A DNA stretch of 64,000 bases from Acidobacteriota bacterium (lineage in GTDB: Bacteria > Acidobacteriota > UBA6911 > RPQK01 > JAJDTT01). Numbering within the stretch: position 1 is the stretch's first letter; each line of letters starts with the position of its first letter. The stretch spans positions 1,728,001 to 1,792,000 of the forward strand of contig OZ242374.1 of assembly GCA_965209055.1 (NCBI GenBank). The letters are read 5' to 3'. Below, in pieces: positions 52,483-64,000 of the stretch. The notes under the pieces were generated by a model. The model made no database searches. It was not told the DNA's origin and saw nothing but the letters and a program-made list of their open reading frames with translations. The position numbers were made by a program, and so were the translations under genes.

Positions 52483-53778
52483 CTACCCGCCCGACATGGA
52501 GCGGAGGAAGGTGGCGTTGTCGCGAGTCTTGCTCAGCTTGTCCAGCAGGAGTTCCATGGACTCGGTGACGGAGAGGGGATTGAGGACCTTGCGCAAGATC
52601 CAGACTCGATTCAGATCTTCGCGCTTCAGCAGGAGCTCTTCCTTGCGGGTGCCGGACCGGTTGATGTCTATGGAGGGGAAGATCCGCTTGTCGACCAGGC
52701 GCCGGTCCAATCCCAGCTCCATGTTTCCGGTTCCCTTGAATTCCTCGAAGATGACGTCGTCCATCCGGCTGCCGGTATCGATCAGGGCAGTGGCGATAAT
52801 GGTGAGGCTCCCGCCTTCCTCGATGTTCCTGGCCGCCCCGAAGAAACGCTTGGGCCGCTGCAGCGCGTTGGAGTCCACGCCACCCGACAGGACCTTGCCG
52901 GAGGGCGGGACCACGGAATTGTAGGCCCGGGCCAGACGGGTGATGGAATCCAGCAGGATCACCACGTCCTTGCCATGCTCCACCAGCCTCTTGGCCTTTT
53001 CCAAAACCATTTCGGCCACCTGGATGTGGCGGGAGGCCGGCTCGTCGAAGGTGGAGCTGATCACCTCGCCTCGCACCGAGTGCTGCATGTCGGTCACTTC
53101 TTCCGGGCGCTCGTCGATGAGGAGGACGATCAGGATGATCTCCGTGTGGTTGAGGGCGATGGAATGCGCGATGCTCTGCAGGATCATGGTCTTGCCGGCC
53201 CGGGGCGGAGAAACGATCAAACCCCGCTGCCCCTTGCCGATGGGTGTGAGCAGGTCCATGACCCGTCCCGTCAGGTTGGTTTGGTTCGTTTCCTGATTGA
53301 CGCGCTCGTCAGGATAGATGGGTGTCAGATTCTCGAAGAAGGTTCGGTCGCGAGCCACGTCCGGGTGCTCGAAATTGATGGCCTCCACCTTGATCAGGGC
53401 GAAGTAGCGTTCTCCCTCCTTGGGCGGCCGGACCTGTCCGGAGACGGTATCGCCGGTGCGGAGGTCGAAGCGCCGGATCTGCGACGGGGAGACGTAAATG
53501 TCGTCGGGACCGGGCAGATAGTTGTACTCGGGTGCCCGCAGGAAACCGAACCCGTCGGGAAGCGTCTCCAGAACTCCTTCCGAGAAAATCAGTCCGCTGC
53601 GCTCCGTTTGGGCCTTCAGGATCTGGAAGATCAACTCCTGCTTGCGCATCCCGGCGGCTCCGGAAATGGCCAGGCGCTTGGCGATCTGATTGAGAGCGTT
53701 GATGGTCAGCTCCTTCAATTCCTGAATATTGAGGGGCTTGCCGGTCTCCCGGAAGGTGGGCGTACTTGCTTCAGACAT
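52483..53778 (-). CDS. rho: Transcription termination factor Rho
   Basis: [24 protein letters not shown]...[27 protein letters not shown]. Confidence 0.98.
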   Translation of the reverse strand: MSEASTPTFRETGKPLNIQELKELTINALNQIAKRLAISGAAGMRKQELIFQILKAQTERSGLIFSEGVLETLPDGFGFLRAPEYNYLPGPDDIYVSPSQIRRFDLRTGDTVSGQVRPPKEGERYFALIKVEAINFEHPDVARDRTFFENLTPIYPDERVNQETNQTNLTGRVMDLLTPIGKGQRGLIVSPPRAGKTMILQSIAHSIALNHTEIILIVLLIDERPEEVTDMQHSVRGEVISSTFDEPASRHIQVAEMVLEKAKRLVEHGKDVVILLDSITRLARAYNSVVPPSGKVLSGGVDSNALQRPKRFFGAARNIEEGGSLTIIATALIDTGSRMDDVIFEEFKGTGNMELGLDRRLVDKRIFPSIDINRSGTRKEELLLKREDLNRVWILRKVLNPLSVTESMELLLDKLSKTRDNATFLRSMSGG

Positions 53779-53939
53779 TTTTCGATGGCCTTTCCAAATT
53801 GATCGCCACGGATTCTTTCACACCAGCCGTCTGTGGCGGGATGGCCGGCAGTCTCAGAGGGTGATCACTCCCCAGAGACTGAAAATCTCAAACCTGATGG
53901 TAGTCTTCCGGATGGACTCGCTGGAACAAGCACGTCCTC

Positions 53940-56372
53940 TCAGTGGACGCCGGCTTGGTCTCCCCCCTCCAATTGAGGCGGCTGCGGTTCGTTCATGTAT
54001 TCATCCCGCTGCTGCCGACTCTTTCGATTGATGGGCGTTTCAAGTGCGATGTCAAGAACCTCGTCCATGGTATCGACGAGGACAATCTTGACCTTGTCCA
54101 GAACAGTGTCGGGGATCTCCTTCAGATCCTTCTTATTGTCTTTGGCCAGAATGACGGTTTCGATCCCGGCCCGGTGAGCCGCAAGAATCTTCTCCTTGAC
54201 GCCGCCGATGGGAAGCACCTTGCCCCGCAGGGTGATCTCCCCGGTCATGGCCACGTCGCGGCGCACCGCGATTCCCGTCAGGGCGGAGACGATGGTGGTG
54301 GCCATGGTGATGCCGGCCGAAGGGCCGTCCTTGGGGATGGCTCCTTCGGGCACATGGACATGCATGTCCAGAATCTTGTGAAAATCCTTGAGCAGGCTGT
54401 AGTCCGAACTTCGGGAACGAATAAAGGAAAGGGCCGCTTTCGCCGATTCCTGCATGACCTCGCCCAGCTTTCCGGTCAAGAGCAGATCGCCCTTGCCCTT
54501 CATGGTGGTGGCCTCGGTCAGGAGCACTTCCCCACCCACTTCGGTCCAGGCGAGACCTGTGGCCAGTCCGACTTCATTCGATTCCGCCGCCAGTTGGTTG
54601 CGGAACTTGTGAGGACCCAGGTAATCCCGGACCGTGCCGGGAGAAATGTCGAAGACCTGATCCTCCAGTTTGATCTTCTTCCGGGATAGAACCACCTTGT
54701 GCGCCACCTTGCGGCAGATGCTTCCGATCTCCCGTTCCAGGTTGCGAACCCCGGATTCGCGAGTGTAGAAGCGAATCAGCTCCAGGATCGCGTCATCTTC
54801 AAACCGGAGCGGCCTCCTTTTCAGGCCGTTCCGATCCAACTGCTTGGGTAACAGGTACTGGCGGCCGATCTTGAGCTTCTCCCATTCCGTGTAGCCGGAA
54901 ATCTCGATGATCTCCATGCGATCCTGCAACGGTCTGGGAATGCTGTGACGAACGTTTCCGGTGCAGATGAAGAGGACGTCGGAGAGATCGTATTCCGTAT
55001 CCAGGTAGTGGTCCACGAAGCTGTTGTTGTGCTCCGGGTCCAGGACCTCCATGAGGGCGGCTGACGGGTCGCCCCGGAAGTCCATGCTCATCTTGTCGAT
55101 CTCGTCCAGAAGCAACAGGGGATTCCGGGTGCCCGCCTTCTTCATCATCTGGATGATCTGTCCGGGCAGAGCTCCGATGTAGGTTCGCCGGTGTCCGCGA
55201 ATCTCCGCTTCGTCACGGACTCCGCCCAGCGAGAGGCGGACGAATTTCCTTCCCGTCGCCCGCGCGATGGACCGGCCCAGGGAGGTCTTTCCCACGCCGG
55301 GCGGGCCGATGAAACAGAGTATCGACCCGTTAGATCTCTTGCGGGAGAGCTGCCGGACGGCGAGATATTCCAAGATCCGCTGCTTGACTTTTTCCAGACC
55401 GTAATGGTCCGCTTCGAGCACTTTCTCGGCCCGCGAAATCTCGCGGATCTCACGGCTCCGCTTCTTCCACGGCATGGCGACGAGCCACTCGACATAGGTC
55501 CGGCTGACCGTGCTCTCGGCGCTCATGGGCGGCATGTGCTGAAGCCGCCGGATCTCGTTCATCGCCTTTTCTTTGGCGTCCTTGGGCATGGAGGCTTCTT
55601 CGATCTTCTTCTTCAGTTCCTCCAGTTCGTCCTTGTCCCCGCGCCCCAACTCTTCCTGAATGGCCTTGACCTTCTCGTTCAGGTAGTACTCCCGCTGCGC
55701 CTTCTCCATCTGCCGGCGCACGCGGCCCTGTACCGACCGGTCCATCTTGATCTTCTCGATCTCGATCTCGATGGACTCGCAGATCTTCGTCATCCGTTCC
55801 GCCGGGTCCACGATCTCCAGCAGAACCTGCTTGTCCTCGACCACGATGGGAAGGTTGGCGGCGACCGTGTCCGCGAGCCGCTCGGGCGTGGTCTTCCGAG
55901 TCGACTGCACGATGGTCTCGTAGCTGACGTTGGGATTCAGCTTGGCGAATTCCTCGAACAGCAGGTTCAGGCGCTTTGTGAGCAGGCTCATCTTGGCGCG
56001 GGAGACCACCGGAACCGGCTCCACTTCGACCTCGGCCCGAAAATAACCTGAGGCGCCGGACACGCGAACGGTCCGTGCGCGCTGGACCCCTTCCACCAGC
56101 ACTTTGATGTTTCCGTCGGGAAGCTTGAGGCTCTGGACGATGTTGGAAACGGTTCCGACCTCGTAGATGTCCGCGGAGGACGGACTGTCCTGCGACGCGT
56201 CCTTCTGGGTGGCCAGGTAGATCTTCTTGTCCGCCTTCAACGCCACTTCCAACGCCTTGACCGAGGAATCCCGCCCGATTACGAATGGGACCATCATCGC
56301 CGGGAAGACGACGACGTCGCGAATGGGAACCATGGGGTAACTCGCGGTGCGCCTGTCTTGGATTTCCGCCAT
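53940..56372 (-). CDS. lon: Lon protease
   Basis: LON N-domain, [30 protein letters not shown]. Confidence 0.98.
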   Translation of the reverse strand: MAEIQDRRTASYPMVPIRDVVVFPAMMVPFVIGRDSSVKALEVALKADKKIYLATQKDASQDSPSSADIYEVGTVSNIVQSLKLPDGNIKVLVEGVQRARTVRVSGASGYFRAEVEVEPVPVVSRAKMSLLTKRLNLLFEEFAKLNPNVSYETIVQSTRKTTPERLADTVAANLPIVVEDKQVLLEIVDPAERMTKICESIEIEIEKIKMDRSVQGRVRRQMEKAQREYYLNEKVKAIQEELGRGDKDELEELKKKIEEASMPKDAKEKAMNEIRRLQHMPPMSAESTVSRTYVEWLVAMPWKKRSREIREISRAEKVLEADHYGLEKVKQRILEYLAVRQLSRKRSNGSILCFIGPPGVGKTSLGRSIARATGRKFVRLSLGGVRDEAEIRGHRRTYIGALPGQIIQMMKKAGTRNPLLLLDEIDKMSMDFRGDPSAALMEVLDPEHNNSFVDHYLDTEYDLSDVLFICTGNVRHSIPRPLQDRMEIIEISGYTEWEKLKIGRQYLLPKQLDRNGLKRRPLRFEDDAILELIRFYTRESGVRNLEREIGSICRKVAHKVVLSRKKIKLEDQVFDISPGTVRDYLGPHKFRNQLAAESNEVGLATGLAWTEVGGEVLLTEATTMKGKGDLLLTGKLGEVMQESAKAALSFIRSRSSDYSLLKDFHKILDMHVHVPEGAIPKDGPSAGITMATTIVSALTGIAVRRDVAMTGEITLRGKVLPIGGVKEKILAAHRAGIETVILAKDNKKDLKEIPDTVLDKVKIVLVDTMDEVLDIALETPINRKSRQQRDEYMNEPQPPQLEGGDQAGVH

Positions 56373-56507
56373 ATTCGTATCGTGTCGCAAGCTAAAAGGT
56401 ACGGCCGCTTCTCATTGTAAGATGCAGCACTGCAGGATTCGTTTCAACAGCCGGCTTGCGGCCGGCCGAACCGGCAGGGCCGGCGAAAGAAATCCCCTTC
56501 AAATCCA

Positions 56508-57749
56508 CTATCCCGCCTTCTCGAGAACCCGAAACACCATTTCGCGGTTCTCCACCATCTCCTTGGTCACCACCAACTCCTCCGTCGTCTTGTTGGAGGG
56601 AAGTTCGTACATGAGGTCCAACATAAGATCCTCTACTACCAACCGCAAGCCGCGGGCTCCGATCTTGCTCTTCAATGCCAGGTCCGCAATGGCCCGCAGC
56701 GAGCCTTCGGTGAACCTCAGAGAGACGCCCTCGAACTCGAACATTCTCTGATATTGCTTCACCAGGGCGTTGCTGGGCCGGGTCAGGATCTCGACCAACG
56801 CTTCGCGGTCCAGATCGTGCAGCGTACAGACGATGGGGAGGCGTCCCACGAACTCGGGAATCAGGCCGAATTTGATCAGGTCCTCAGGCAGATTCTGGTT
56901 CAGGACTTCAGCAGCGCTTTCCTTCTTCCACCGATTGTCGCCGAGCGAGGATCGGAACCCCATGCCGCTCCGGCCCAGACGGCTTCGAATCAACTTCTCG
57001 AGACCGACGAAGGCGCCGCCGCAGAGAAACAGAATGTTCGTGGTGTCCACCTGAACGAATTCCTGGTGAGGGTGTTTGCGGCCTCCCTGAGGAGGGACGT
57101 TGGCCACGGTCCCTTCCAATATCTTGAGCAGGGCCTGTTGGACTCCCTCGCCCGACACGTCCCGCGTAATGGAGGGGTTCTCATCCTTGCGGGAGATCTT
57201 GTCGATCTCGTCGATGTAGATGATCCCCTGCATGCAACGCTCCCGGTCTCCCCCGGCGGCCTGCAGCAGGCGAAGAAGGATGTTCTCCACATCCTCCCCC
57301 ACGTAGCCGGCCTCGGTGAGCGTGGTGGCGTCGACAATGGCGAAGGGAACCGAGAGCATGCGGGCCAGCGTCTGCGCCAGGAGCGTCTTGCCCGTCCCGG
57401 TGGGACCGATGAGCAGCACGTTGCTCTTGGAAAGCTCCACGTTCTGGCGCCGCCGCCTGCCCAATTTGATCCGCTTGTAATGATTGTAGACGGCCACGGC
57501 CAACTTCTTCTTGGGGATCTCCTGACCTACGACGTACTGGTCCAGGAACTCCTTGATCTCCACCGGCTTGGGCAGGTTCTCCTTGATCGATGCCGCCTCT
57601 GCGGTCAGTTCATCGGCGATGATCTCGTTGCAGATGTCGACACACTCGTCGCAAATGAAGACTGACGGACCTGCGATCAGCTTCTTGACGTGTTTTTGGC
57701 TCTTGTTACAGAACGAGCACTGGAAAATGTCTTCCACATTCTTCTTCAC
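56508..57749 (-). CDS. clpX: ClpX ATPase
   Basis: CSFC/CDEC zinc finger, [29 protein letters not shown] loop; GTG start inferred. Confidence 0.97.
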   Translation of the reverse strand: MKKNVEDIFQCSFCNKSQKHVKKLIAGPSVFICDECVDICNEIIADELTAEAASIKENLPKPVEIKEFLDQYVVGQEIPKKKLAVAVYNHYKRIKLGRRRRQNVELSKSNVLLIGPTGTGKTLLAQTLARMLSVPFAIVDATTLTEAGYVGEDVENILLRLLQAAGGDRERCMQGIIYIDEIDKISRKDENPSITRDVSGEGVQQALLKILEGTVANVPPQGGRKHPHQEFVQVDTTNILFLCGGAFVGLEKLIRSRLGRSGMGFRSSLGDNRWKKESAAEVLNQNLPEDLIKFGLIPEFVGRLPIVCTLHDLDREALVEILTRPSNALVKQYQRMFEFEGVSLRFTEGSLRAIADLALKSKIGARGLRLVVEDLMLDLMYELPSNKTTEELVVTKEMVENREMVFRVLEKAG

Positions 57750-57847
57750 TTGAGCTCCCCTGTTGACCACGAGCACCCGGGAACACCGGCCGGAGGGGTG
57801 GGTCCCGGCGAACGATTGTCAAAGCTGTCTGGGATGACCGATGTCCG

Positions 57848-58435
57848 TCAAGTGTGCTTCTCGATGGTCATGTCGATAATACCATACTCCTTGGCTTCCG
57901 GAGTCGCCATGATGAAGTCCCGGTCCACGTCCTTGGCGATCCGGCGCAGGGTCTGCTTGGTGTGCTTGGCCAGGATCCGGTTGGTGGTATCCCGCATTCT
58001 CAGGATCTCCCGGGCATGGATGTCGATGTCGGTCGCCTGACCCGACAGCCCCGACATGGTGGGCTGGTGGATCAGGATCCGGCTGTGCGGCAGAGCGAAC
58101 CGCTTGCCCGGGGCGCCGGCGGCCAGCAACAACGCCGCCATGGACGCCGCCTGCCCGATGCAGATGGTGGTCACATCGTTCTTGACGAACTGCATGGTGT
58201 CGTAAATGGCCAGACCCGCAGTAATCGAGCCTCCCGGGGAATTGATGTAGAGGGAGATGTCCTTGTCGGGTCCCTCGGCTTCCAGAAAGAGCAGTTGGGC
58301 GGTGACCAGGTTGGCCACGTTGTCATCGATGGGCGTGCCGACGAAGATGATGTTGTCCTTCAAGAGACGGGAATAGATGTCGTAGGCGCGCTCGCCGCGA
58401 TTGCTCTGCTCGACCACCATGGGGATCAAAGGCAT
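57848..58435 (-). CDS. clpP: ClpP protease subunit
   Basis: [25 protein letters not shown]. Confidence 0.98.
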   Translation of the reverse strand: MPLIPMVVEQSNRGERAYDIYSRLLKDNIIFVGTPIDDNVANLVTAQLLFLEAEGPDKDISLYINSPGGSITAGLAIYDTMQFVKNDVTTICIGQAASMAALLLAAGAPGKRFALPHSRILIHQPTMSGLSGQATDIDIHAREILRMRDTTNRILAKHTKQTLRRIAKDVDRDFIMATPEAKEYGIIDMTIEKHT

Positions 58436-58558
58436 CCTGGATCTCCTCTCGTCGCTGCCCGCGTCCGGGGCCGTCGCGTCACCTCGTGAGAAAAGCGGTC
58501 AGGACGTCCGTCCGGACCCGCCCCGCGGGGGAAACCGCAATTGTTCGCTCTGCGCTCC

Positions 58559-59848
58559 TCATGCTTCGCTGACCGCCGAGTGCTCAACCAGCAGTTCCAG
58601 TGCCTTGCGGCGGAGGATTCGAGTCTCCAGATCCGCTTTCGACTCCCGGTCGTGGAACCTCTGCCGAATCTTCTCCAGCGGCTGGTTCAGGGCATCCGCC
58701 GTCTGCCTGAGTTCCGCCTCGAACTCCGCCGGCTCGACCTCCAGATTCTCATTCTCCGCAATCTCCGAAAGGATCAAGGCCGCCCGGGCCTCCTGCTCGG
58801 CGTCTTGGCGAAGGTCCTCGCGGATGCGATTCCAGTCCAGATTCGACTTGGAGGGATCCACTCCCTGCCGAGCCAAATTGTAGGCGACGTCACGAATCTT
58901 GTTGTCGATCCGGTCTTCCACCAGGACATCCGGCACCTGAAAGGGGCAGACTTCGGAAAGTCTCTGAACCAGTTGGCGCCGGATGTCGGAATTTCGCGCC
59001 TGTTGCCATTGGCTCGCGAGTCCTTGCCGGATCTGCTCCTTGAGTTGATCCAGATCGTCGAAGTCTCCCAGATCCTTGGCGAATTCGTCGTTCAGGTCCG
59101 GCGGGTCCTTGACCTTGATGTCGTTGAGTTGCAGGTTGAAGCGGACCCGGCGGCCGGCCAGCTTCTCCTCCGGATAGTCTTGGGGGTAGTCCACGACGAA
59201 GGTCTTCTCCTCACCGGCTTCCATTCCCAGCAGGGCCTGATTGAAATCGCGCTGGGTGCGCTCGTCTCCCACGCGAATGGTCGTGTTCTCCTGCCGAATG
59301 GCCTCATCTTCGCCGGGAACGTACCTGCCCAGCAGATCCACCACGGCGTAGTCCCCATCGCGGACCGAGTCCCGGTCCGGCGCCGAAATCAGGGGCGCAT
59401 GCCGGTCCCGGAGCTGCTCCAACTCCTGGTTCACCGATTCCTCGTCCGGAGCCTTCTTCTCCAGACGGACTTCCAACCCCCTGTATTCCGGAATCCGGAA
59501 TTCGGGCAGGGTCTCCACCAAAGCCTCGTACACCAGAGGCTCCCCCTCGTTCAGCTCCACTTGTTCCAGTTGCAACTGGCCGAGGGGCCGGATTTTCCTT
59601 TCCCGGATGGACTGGTCGTAGGACTCGGGGATCAACTTTCGCAGGACCTCCTGGCGGATGTCCTTCTGATACCGCCGTTTGACCAGCGCCACCGGAGCCT
59701 TTCCAGGACGGAACCCGGCTATCCTGGAGTGCCTCCGATAGGTCGTGGCCACCCGGTTGAACTCGGCGAGCACCGTTTCCACCGGCACTTCGACCCGCAA
59801 CTTCTTCTTGACCGGGCTGATCTCTTCCAGTTCCGTGCGGACGTTCAT
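58559..59848 (-). CDS. tig: Trigger factor
   Basis: IAGFRPGKAP signature, FKBP-like middle domain; upstream of clpPX. Confidence 0.95.
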   Translation of the reverse strand: MNVRTELEEISPVKKKLRVEVPVETVLAEFNRVATTYRRHSRIAGFRPGKAPVALVKRRYQKDIRQEVLRKLIPESYDQSIRERKIRPLGQLQLEQVELNEGEPLVYEALVETLPEFRIPEYRGLEVRLEKKAPDEESVNQELEQLRDRHAPLISAPDRDSVRDGDYAVVDLLGRYVPGEDEAIRQENTTIRVGDERTQRDFNQALLGMEAGEEKTFVVDYPQDYPEEKLAGRRVRFNLQLNDIKVKDPPDLNDEFAKDLGDFDDLDQLKEQIRQGLASQWQQARNSDIRRQLVQRLSEVCPFQVPDVLVEDRIDNKIRDVAYNLARQGVDPSKSNLDWNRIREDLRQDAEQEARAALILSEIAENENLEVEPAEFEAELRQTADALNQPLEKIRQRFHDRESKADLETRILRRKALELLVEHSAVSEA

Positions 59849-59970
59849 GATCCAATGCCGACGCCCCGTTCAAGACGGGCTGCCAGGGCGGCACACATTC
59901 TAACAGCCCTCGGCAAACGCCGTGGCGATCGTGAAACAATGAAAGGGCACCCGCAAGGAGCCCCGACGCT

Positions 59971-60150
59971 ATGGCCGCCGATCGTGAGAGAGAACTCCTG
60001 GAAAAGAAGGCCGAGGCGCTGGACCGCATCCTGAACCTCTACCTGGAGCTGCAGCACTCGGCCTTCTACAGCCGCAACTGGGTCGAGCTGGCCGAGTTGA
60101 TGGAGGAGGAAGCCGCTCGGCTCGCCCAGGCTGAAGCGGGCGACGAATGA
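59971..60150 (+). CDS. Small helical hypothetical protein (59 aa; not in the ORF track)
   Basis: AAGGAG 10 nt upstream; MAADRERELLEKKAEALDRILNLYLELQHSAFYSRNWVELAELMEEEAARLAQAEAGDE; high GC3 codon usage. Confidence 0.65.
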   Translation: MAADRERELLEKKAEALDRILNLYLELQHSAFYSRNWVELAELMEEEAARLAQAEAGDE

Positions 60151-60162
60151 AGACCCGGCCGC

Positions 60163-61431
60163 TTAGGCGCTGACGATCCCTCCGATGTCGATGAGGTGCA
60201 TCTGCCGGCCCTCGCCGGTATGAGGCGAGTCGATGACGATCCTGTTCCCGTCGGGGCTGAAACGGGGATGCGTGTCCACTCGTCCCTCGCGGACGTACTC
60301 CGGCGGCGAGTAGAACCGGCCCAGCGGGACCCGCCTGCGCGTGGCCACGTGGTACAGATACACGTGCTGCATCCTTTGCGCGTCCGGATAGGTGTCGTTC
60401 AGGATCCACTCGCCTCCCGGCAGATAGGTGCAGTGCCCGTTGCCGGTCATGACACCCTCTCCCACCGTCTCGACCGCGCCTCCCGTCGCGTCTTCGAAAA
60501 GATAGAACCCCCACGGCCTTGATTCGGGCCGGGTCCAGGCAAGGATCGACTCCGGGTCCCTCCAGATGAAGTGCGACGTCAGGCCGGAGGCGTCGACGAT
60601 CCGGAGATCCGAGCCGTCGCGGCCGGCGGTGAACATTCTCGTGGCGCCGACGAACTTGGGAAATCCCCAGCGGTGAAGAAATATGAAACGGGCGCCGTCG
60701 GGACTGATCAAAAGGTGGTTGAAGTAGCTCTTGGCCTTGGCCAGATCGACGCCCGGCATCGGGATCCTGACGACTTGATCCACCGAGACCAGCAGTTCCC
60801 GGCGTCCGGTGTCCAGGTCGACACGGAAGATACCTGAGTCCCCGGGCGCCCCGACATTGCGGTAGGGGTCCTCCGGACCGGGATAGCCATAGGCGGGCCG
60901 CATGTCGCTGAGGCGGCGAAAGTCGGGTGTCACGGCCCAGCGCCCGTCCGGGCTGACCGTATAGACCGGATGAGGAACGGTTCGCAGTTGGCGCGTCTCG
61001 ATATCCAGGATGCGGCACACGAAGCGGTCCCGCTGCCGATCGTTCCAGAGGACTTCAGTCCTGGAGCCGGGCCGCCACTGGAGCATGCATCCCTGCTGCC
61101 AGCACCAGGCGCGGCTCTCTCCCAGTTCGATCCACCGGTCGCCGTCCTGCAGGTCGACCATGCCGATCCGGATCACGTCGGCGGGCGTGGGCGAGCGGTG
61201 TTCGAAATCGACTTCCATCCCCAGCACGAAACGCCCGGTGGGGTCGAACTCCAGTTTGTCGTAGTACCCGAACCAGTGATGCCTGGGACCGCGCGTGATG
61301 GCTCTCACCGGGGGCAGTTTGCGTCCGGCACCCGCCAATTCGGGCCGAGGGGAGGAGGCAAGCGCCAACAGGGCGGGAGCGGCGGATCTGAGCAGGTCGC
61401 GCCGGGTCAAGCTTGGTTTCGGCTCAGGCAT
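60163..61431 (-). CDS. Tat-exported beta-propeller protein (TolB / oligogalacturonate lyase-like)
   Basis: TRRDLL Tat motif; HHWFGYYD, AWCWQQGCMLQW, SPDG repeats, DTYPD, RVDTHPRFSPDG. Confidence 0.75.
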   Translation of the reverse strand: MPEPKPSLTRRDLLRSAAPALLALASSPRPELAGAGRKLPPVRAITRGPRHHWFGYYDKLEFDPTGRFVLGMEVDFEHRSPTPADVIRIGMVDLQDGDRWIELGESRAWCWQQGCMLQWRPGSRTEVLWNDRQRDRFVCRILDIETRQLRTVPHPVYTVSPDGRWAVTPDFRRLSDMRPAYGYPGPEDPYRNVGAPGDSGIFRVDLDTGRRELLVSVDQVVRIPMPGVDLAKAKSYFNHLLISPDGARFIFLHRWGFPKFVGATRMFTAGRDGSDLRIVDASGLTSHFIWRDPESILAWTRPESRPWGFYLFEDATGGAVETVGEGVMTGNGHCTYLPGGEWILNDTYPDAQRMQHVYLYHVATRRRVPLGRFYSPPEYVREGRVDTHPRFSPDGNRIVIDSPHTGEGRQMHLIDIGGIVSA

Positions 61432-61510
61432 GAGACGGCCCTTGACGCTGCAATCGAGATTGACTGCCCATGCACAGCCAGGGGTCCGCAAGAGTCGGCA
61501 ATCGAAAAAT

Positions 61511-61587
<77 letters not shown>

Positions 61588-61636
61588 AAGCTACCCCAGA
61601 AAGAAGCTCAGTTTAACAGACCGCCGCGCGCCGCGC

Positions 61637-62512
61637 CTACGCGGAGCCGGCGGCGGAAATGGCTTCGGCAACCACGTCCAGACACTCGAGCATGGCGGGG
61701 ACGGGATCTTCCTTGTCCCCTTCGAACTCCAGCGAGACGGGACCGAGAAACCCCAGTTTCCGAAAGGTCTGGAAGGCCTTGGCCACATCCAGCCTGCCCC
61801 GGCCCAGGACCACGTCATTCTCGTCCGCATCGAAGTCCTTGAGGTGAACGCCCAGGACCCGGCTTCCAAGGATCTCCAGAGCCGTCACCGGATCGACTCC
61901 GGCGCGGATGAAGTGCCCCAGGTCGGCACAAGCGCCGATGCGGGGGTCGAGGCCGTCGACCGCCTCCATGATCCATTCGGGACGCCGCCAGCGCTCGTCC
62001 TCGGGACCGTGATTGTGGATGGCGATCCGGATGTCGTATTGATCCACCAGCTTCTCCAGGCTGCTGAAGGCCCTTTTGGAAGGGTTCGCGCTGAGGACAC
62101 GGACGCCGAGATTCCGGGCCAGTCCAAAGATCGCCTCGTTTTTCTCGTGTTCGTCGGTGAAGCGCTCCACCCCGAACGCGTTCACGGTGATTCCCGCCTC
62201 CCGCAGCCGATCTCGAAAGCGGGCGATCTCCGCCTCGCCGGCGTTCTCCGGAAGGTGGCCTCTCCAGATCTCCACGTAGGGCAGATTCAACCGTTTCGCC
62301 TGTCCGAGAAAGTCCCCGATGGGCACGAAATGCCGAAGCGAATAGCTCTGGAACCCCATTTCGTAGTTCCCGTATTCGTGATCCGGTTCCGGCTGTTCCG
62401 GGGAGTCCGCCGGCGGCGAAGAGCAGCCCGAAAAGCCGGTGGCCAGGCCGGCTCCGGCAACGCCCAGGGACAAGTGCATCCAATCTCTCCGGTTCAACTG
62501 TTCCGTTAGCAT
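61637..62512 (-). CDS. Sugar phosphate isomerase/epimerase (AP-endonuclease-2 TIM barrel), Tat lipoprotein
   Basis: NRRDW, FSGC lipobox, QSYSLR, IAIHNHG, DLGH, HLKD, SLEFE. Confidence 0.85.
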   Translation of the reverse strand: MLTEQLNRRDWMHLSLGVAGAGLATGFSGCSSPPADSPEQPEPDHEYGNYEMGFQSYSLRHFVPIGDFLGQAKRLNLPYVEIWRGHLPENAGEAEIARFRDRLREAGITVNAFGVERFTDEHEKNEAIFGLARNLGVRVLSANPSKRAFSSLEKLVDQYDIRIAIHNHGPEDERWRRPEWIMEAVDGLDPRIGACADLGHFIRAGVDPVTALEILGSRVLGVHLKDFDADENDVVLGRGRLDVAKAFQTFRKLGFLGPVSLEFEGDKEDPVPAMLECLDVVAEAISAAGSA

Positions 62513-62757
62513 CAGCGATCTCTCCTCCTCCGGGCGACGGCCTGTTTCGATGCCAGTCTACTACGAGAAGAGGAGAGTGTCGCAGCCTGTGAGACCGGCC
62601 GAATCGGCCTGGCCGGGGAAATTCGGTTCTCCCGGGGCCGTCGGCCCCGGGACCGGGAACGCCGCGTCTTGATCTCGTCCTGAATTTCCGGTTACCTTGT
62701 CTGGCGCCAGGGACCCCAGCGGGAAAACCATCCCCCTGAGTTCGAGGAAACCGGAAC

Positions 62758-63825
62758 ATGGCGACTCCCGGAACCCGCCGGAGAGATCTGCTCCATCCCC
62801 AACGCATGGCGGCTGTGGCCGCCGCAGCCCTGCCGCGTGTCCCTGCGGAAATCGAAGCCGTCCCGGATGAGCTGATCCGGGCCGGACGGCCGGCCATGGC
62901 CTGCCAATTCGAGATCTTCCTGTCGGCCCGGGACCGGGCTCGCATCATGACGGTCCACCGGGCCCTGGATCTGATCCAGGAGCTGGAAGGCCGGATGACC
63001 GTCTTTCGGGACGACAGCGAGATCTCCCGCCTGAACCGCCGCGCCTTCGAAGGCCCGGTCACCCTCGAGACCGGCCTCCTCGAGCTGCTGACCCTGGGAC
63101 GGAGGATTTCCAGCGAGACGGGAGGAGCCTTCGACATGACGGCCGGTCCCCTCTGGAAGGTCTGGGGTTTCTCCCGGCGCCGCGGCACCCTTCCCGATCC
63201 GGAGGCGGTCGAGAAGGCTCGAAGCCAGGTGGGCTACCGTTTCCTGGAATTGGACGCGTCGGCCGGGACCGTTCGCTTCCGGCGCCGCGGCCTTGAGCTG
63301 AATCTGGGAGCAATCGGAAAGGGGTACGCACTGGACCGCGCCGGCCGGCTGCTGCAGCGGGAAGGCATGGGCCGCGCTCTGCTCCACGCCGGTTACAGCA
63401 GCATTCTGGCGCTGGGAGAGGGCCCCGGAAAGGAACCGTCTCCGGGATGGAAGGTCAGCATCCGGGATCCGTTGGGACGGACCGGGCCGCTGGCAGCCGT
63501 GCAGCTTCGAAATCGGGCCCTCTCCACTTCGGGCGTGAGGGAGCAGTTCTTTCGGGCCGGGAATCGACGCTATGGCCATGTTCTGGACCCTCGGACCGGC
63601 CATCCGGTGGAGAAGAATCTTGCCGCCACGGCCCTGGCTCCCACGGCGGCGGAGGCGGACGCCCTTTCCACGGCTTTTCTGGTCATGGACCTGGACGATA
63701 TTTTGTCGTACTGTCGTCGGCGCCGGGGCATAGGAGCCGTCGTGGTCGCCGCTGATCCCCGGGATGGAGCCGTTCAGGTCCATCACTGGGGCCTGGACGC
63801 CGATCATCTGGAGGTCTTCCGTTGA
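62758..63825 (+). CDS. apbE: FAD:protein FMN transferase
   Basis: AMAC, SEISRLN, GAFDMT, LNLGAIGKGYALD, LSTSG, YGHVLDPRTG, ADALSTA. Confidence 0.93.
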   Translation: MATPGTRRRDLLHPQRMAAVAAAALPRVPAEIEAVPDELIRAGRPAMACQFEIFLSARDRARIMTVHRALDLIQELEGRMTVFRDDSEISRLNRRAFEGPVTLETGLLELLTLGRRISSETGGAFDMTAGPLWKVWGFSRRRGTLPDPEAVEKARSQVGYRFLELDASAGTVRFRRRGLELNLGAIGKGYALDRAGRLLQREGMGRALLHAGYSSILALGEGPGKEPSPGWKVSIRDPLGRTGPLAAVQLRNRALSTSGVREQFFRAGNRRYGHVLDPRTGHPVEKNLAATALAPTAAEADALSTAFLVMDLDDILSYCRRRRGIGAVVVAADPRDGAVQVHHWGLDADHLEVFR

Positions 63826-64000
63826 ATCGATTCAATCCACTCTCTCCGATCCACAAGTTCCTGCTGCTGGTGCTGCGTTTCTGCATCGGATGGCACCTTT
63901 TCTACCAGGGCGTGGGGAAGATCCTGGCTGTGAATTGGACCTCCCGCGGCTATCTGGAAAACTCCACGGGGCCTTTCTCCGGAATCTTTCACTGGATCGT
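63822..64000 (+). CDS. DoxX-family membrane protein (3' truncated)
   Basis: TTG overlapping the apbE stop; LLVLRFCIGWHLFYQGVGKI...WTSRGYL..STGPF. Confidence 0.8.
   Translation, partial: MNRFNPLSPIHKFLLLVLRFCIGWHLFYQGVGKILAVNWTSRGYLENSTGPFSGIFHWI

Overview
High-GC bacterial chromosomal window; gene content is compatible with an Acidobacteria-like organism (inference only). It carries housekeeping blocks: mqnA-namZ-CYTH-murU-like-amgK-like-asnS-folD, secA, guaB, tig-clpP-clpX-lon-rho, trpEGDCFBA-chorismate mutase-aroF and tRNA-Lys. A block of secreted or catabolic enzymes lies at about 18-43 kb (Gfo/Idh/MocA oxidoreductases, two PVC-type CxxCH dehydrogenases, hydrolases, a sialidase-like protein). 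Three signals stand out. (1) A long HUH/Y1 (RAYT/TnpA-REP-like) nuclease gene is flanked by inverted copies of a GGGACAGTC motif. The same motif seeds a ~600 bp, 20-copy mosaic array at 23.9-24.5 kb and an in-frame 51-codon expansion inside the CYTH gene, suggesting a motif-directed local amplification system. (2) Two unannotated leader-peptide attenuators, each with its own sigma70-like promoter, sit in the aromatic amino acid operon: a single-Trp leader before trpE and an FYYFF leader before chorismate mutase-aroF. (3) A PptH-like phosphoesterase is paired with a PPTase whose conserved Trp codon is a TAG stop. All calls come from reading motifs by eye; no database searches were run.
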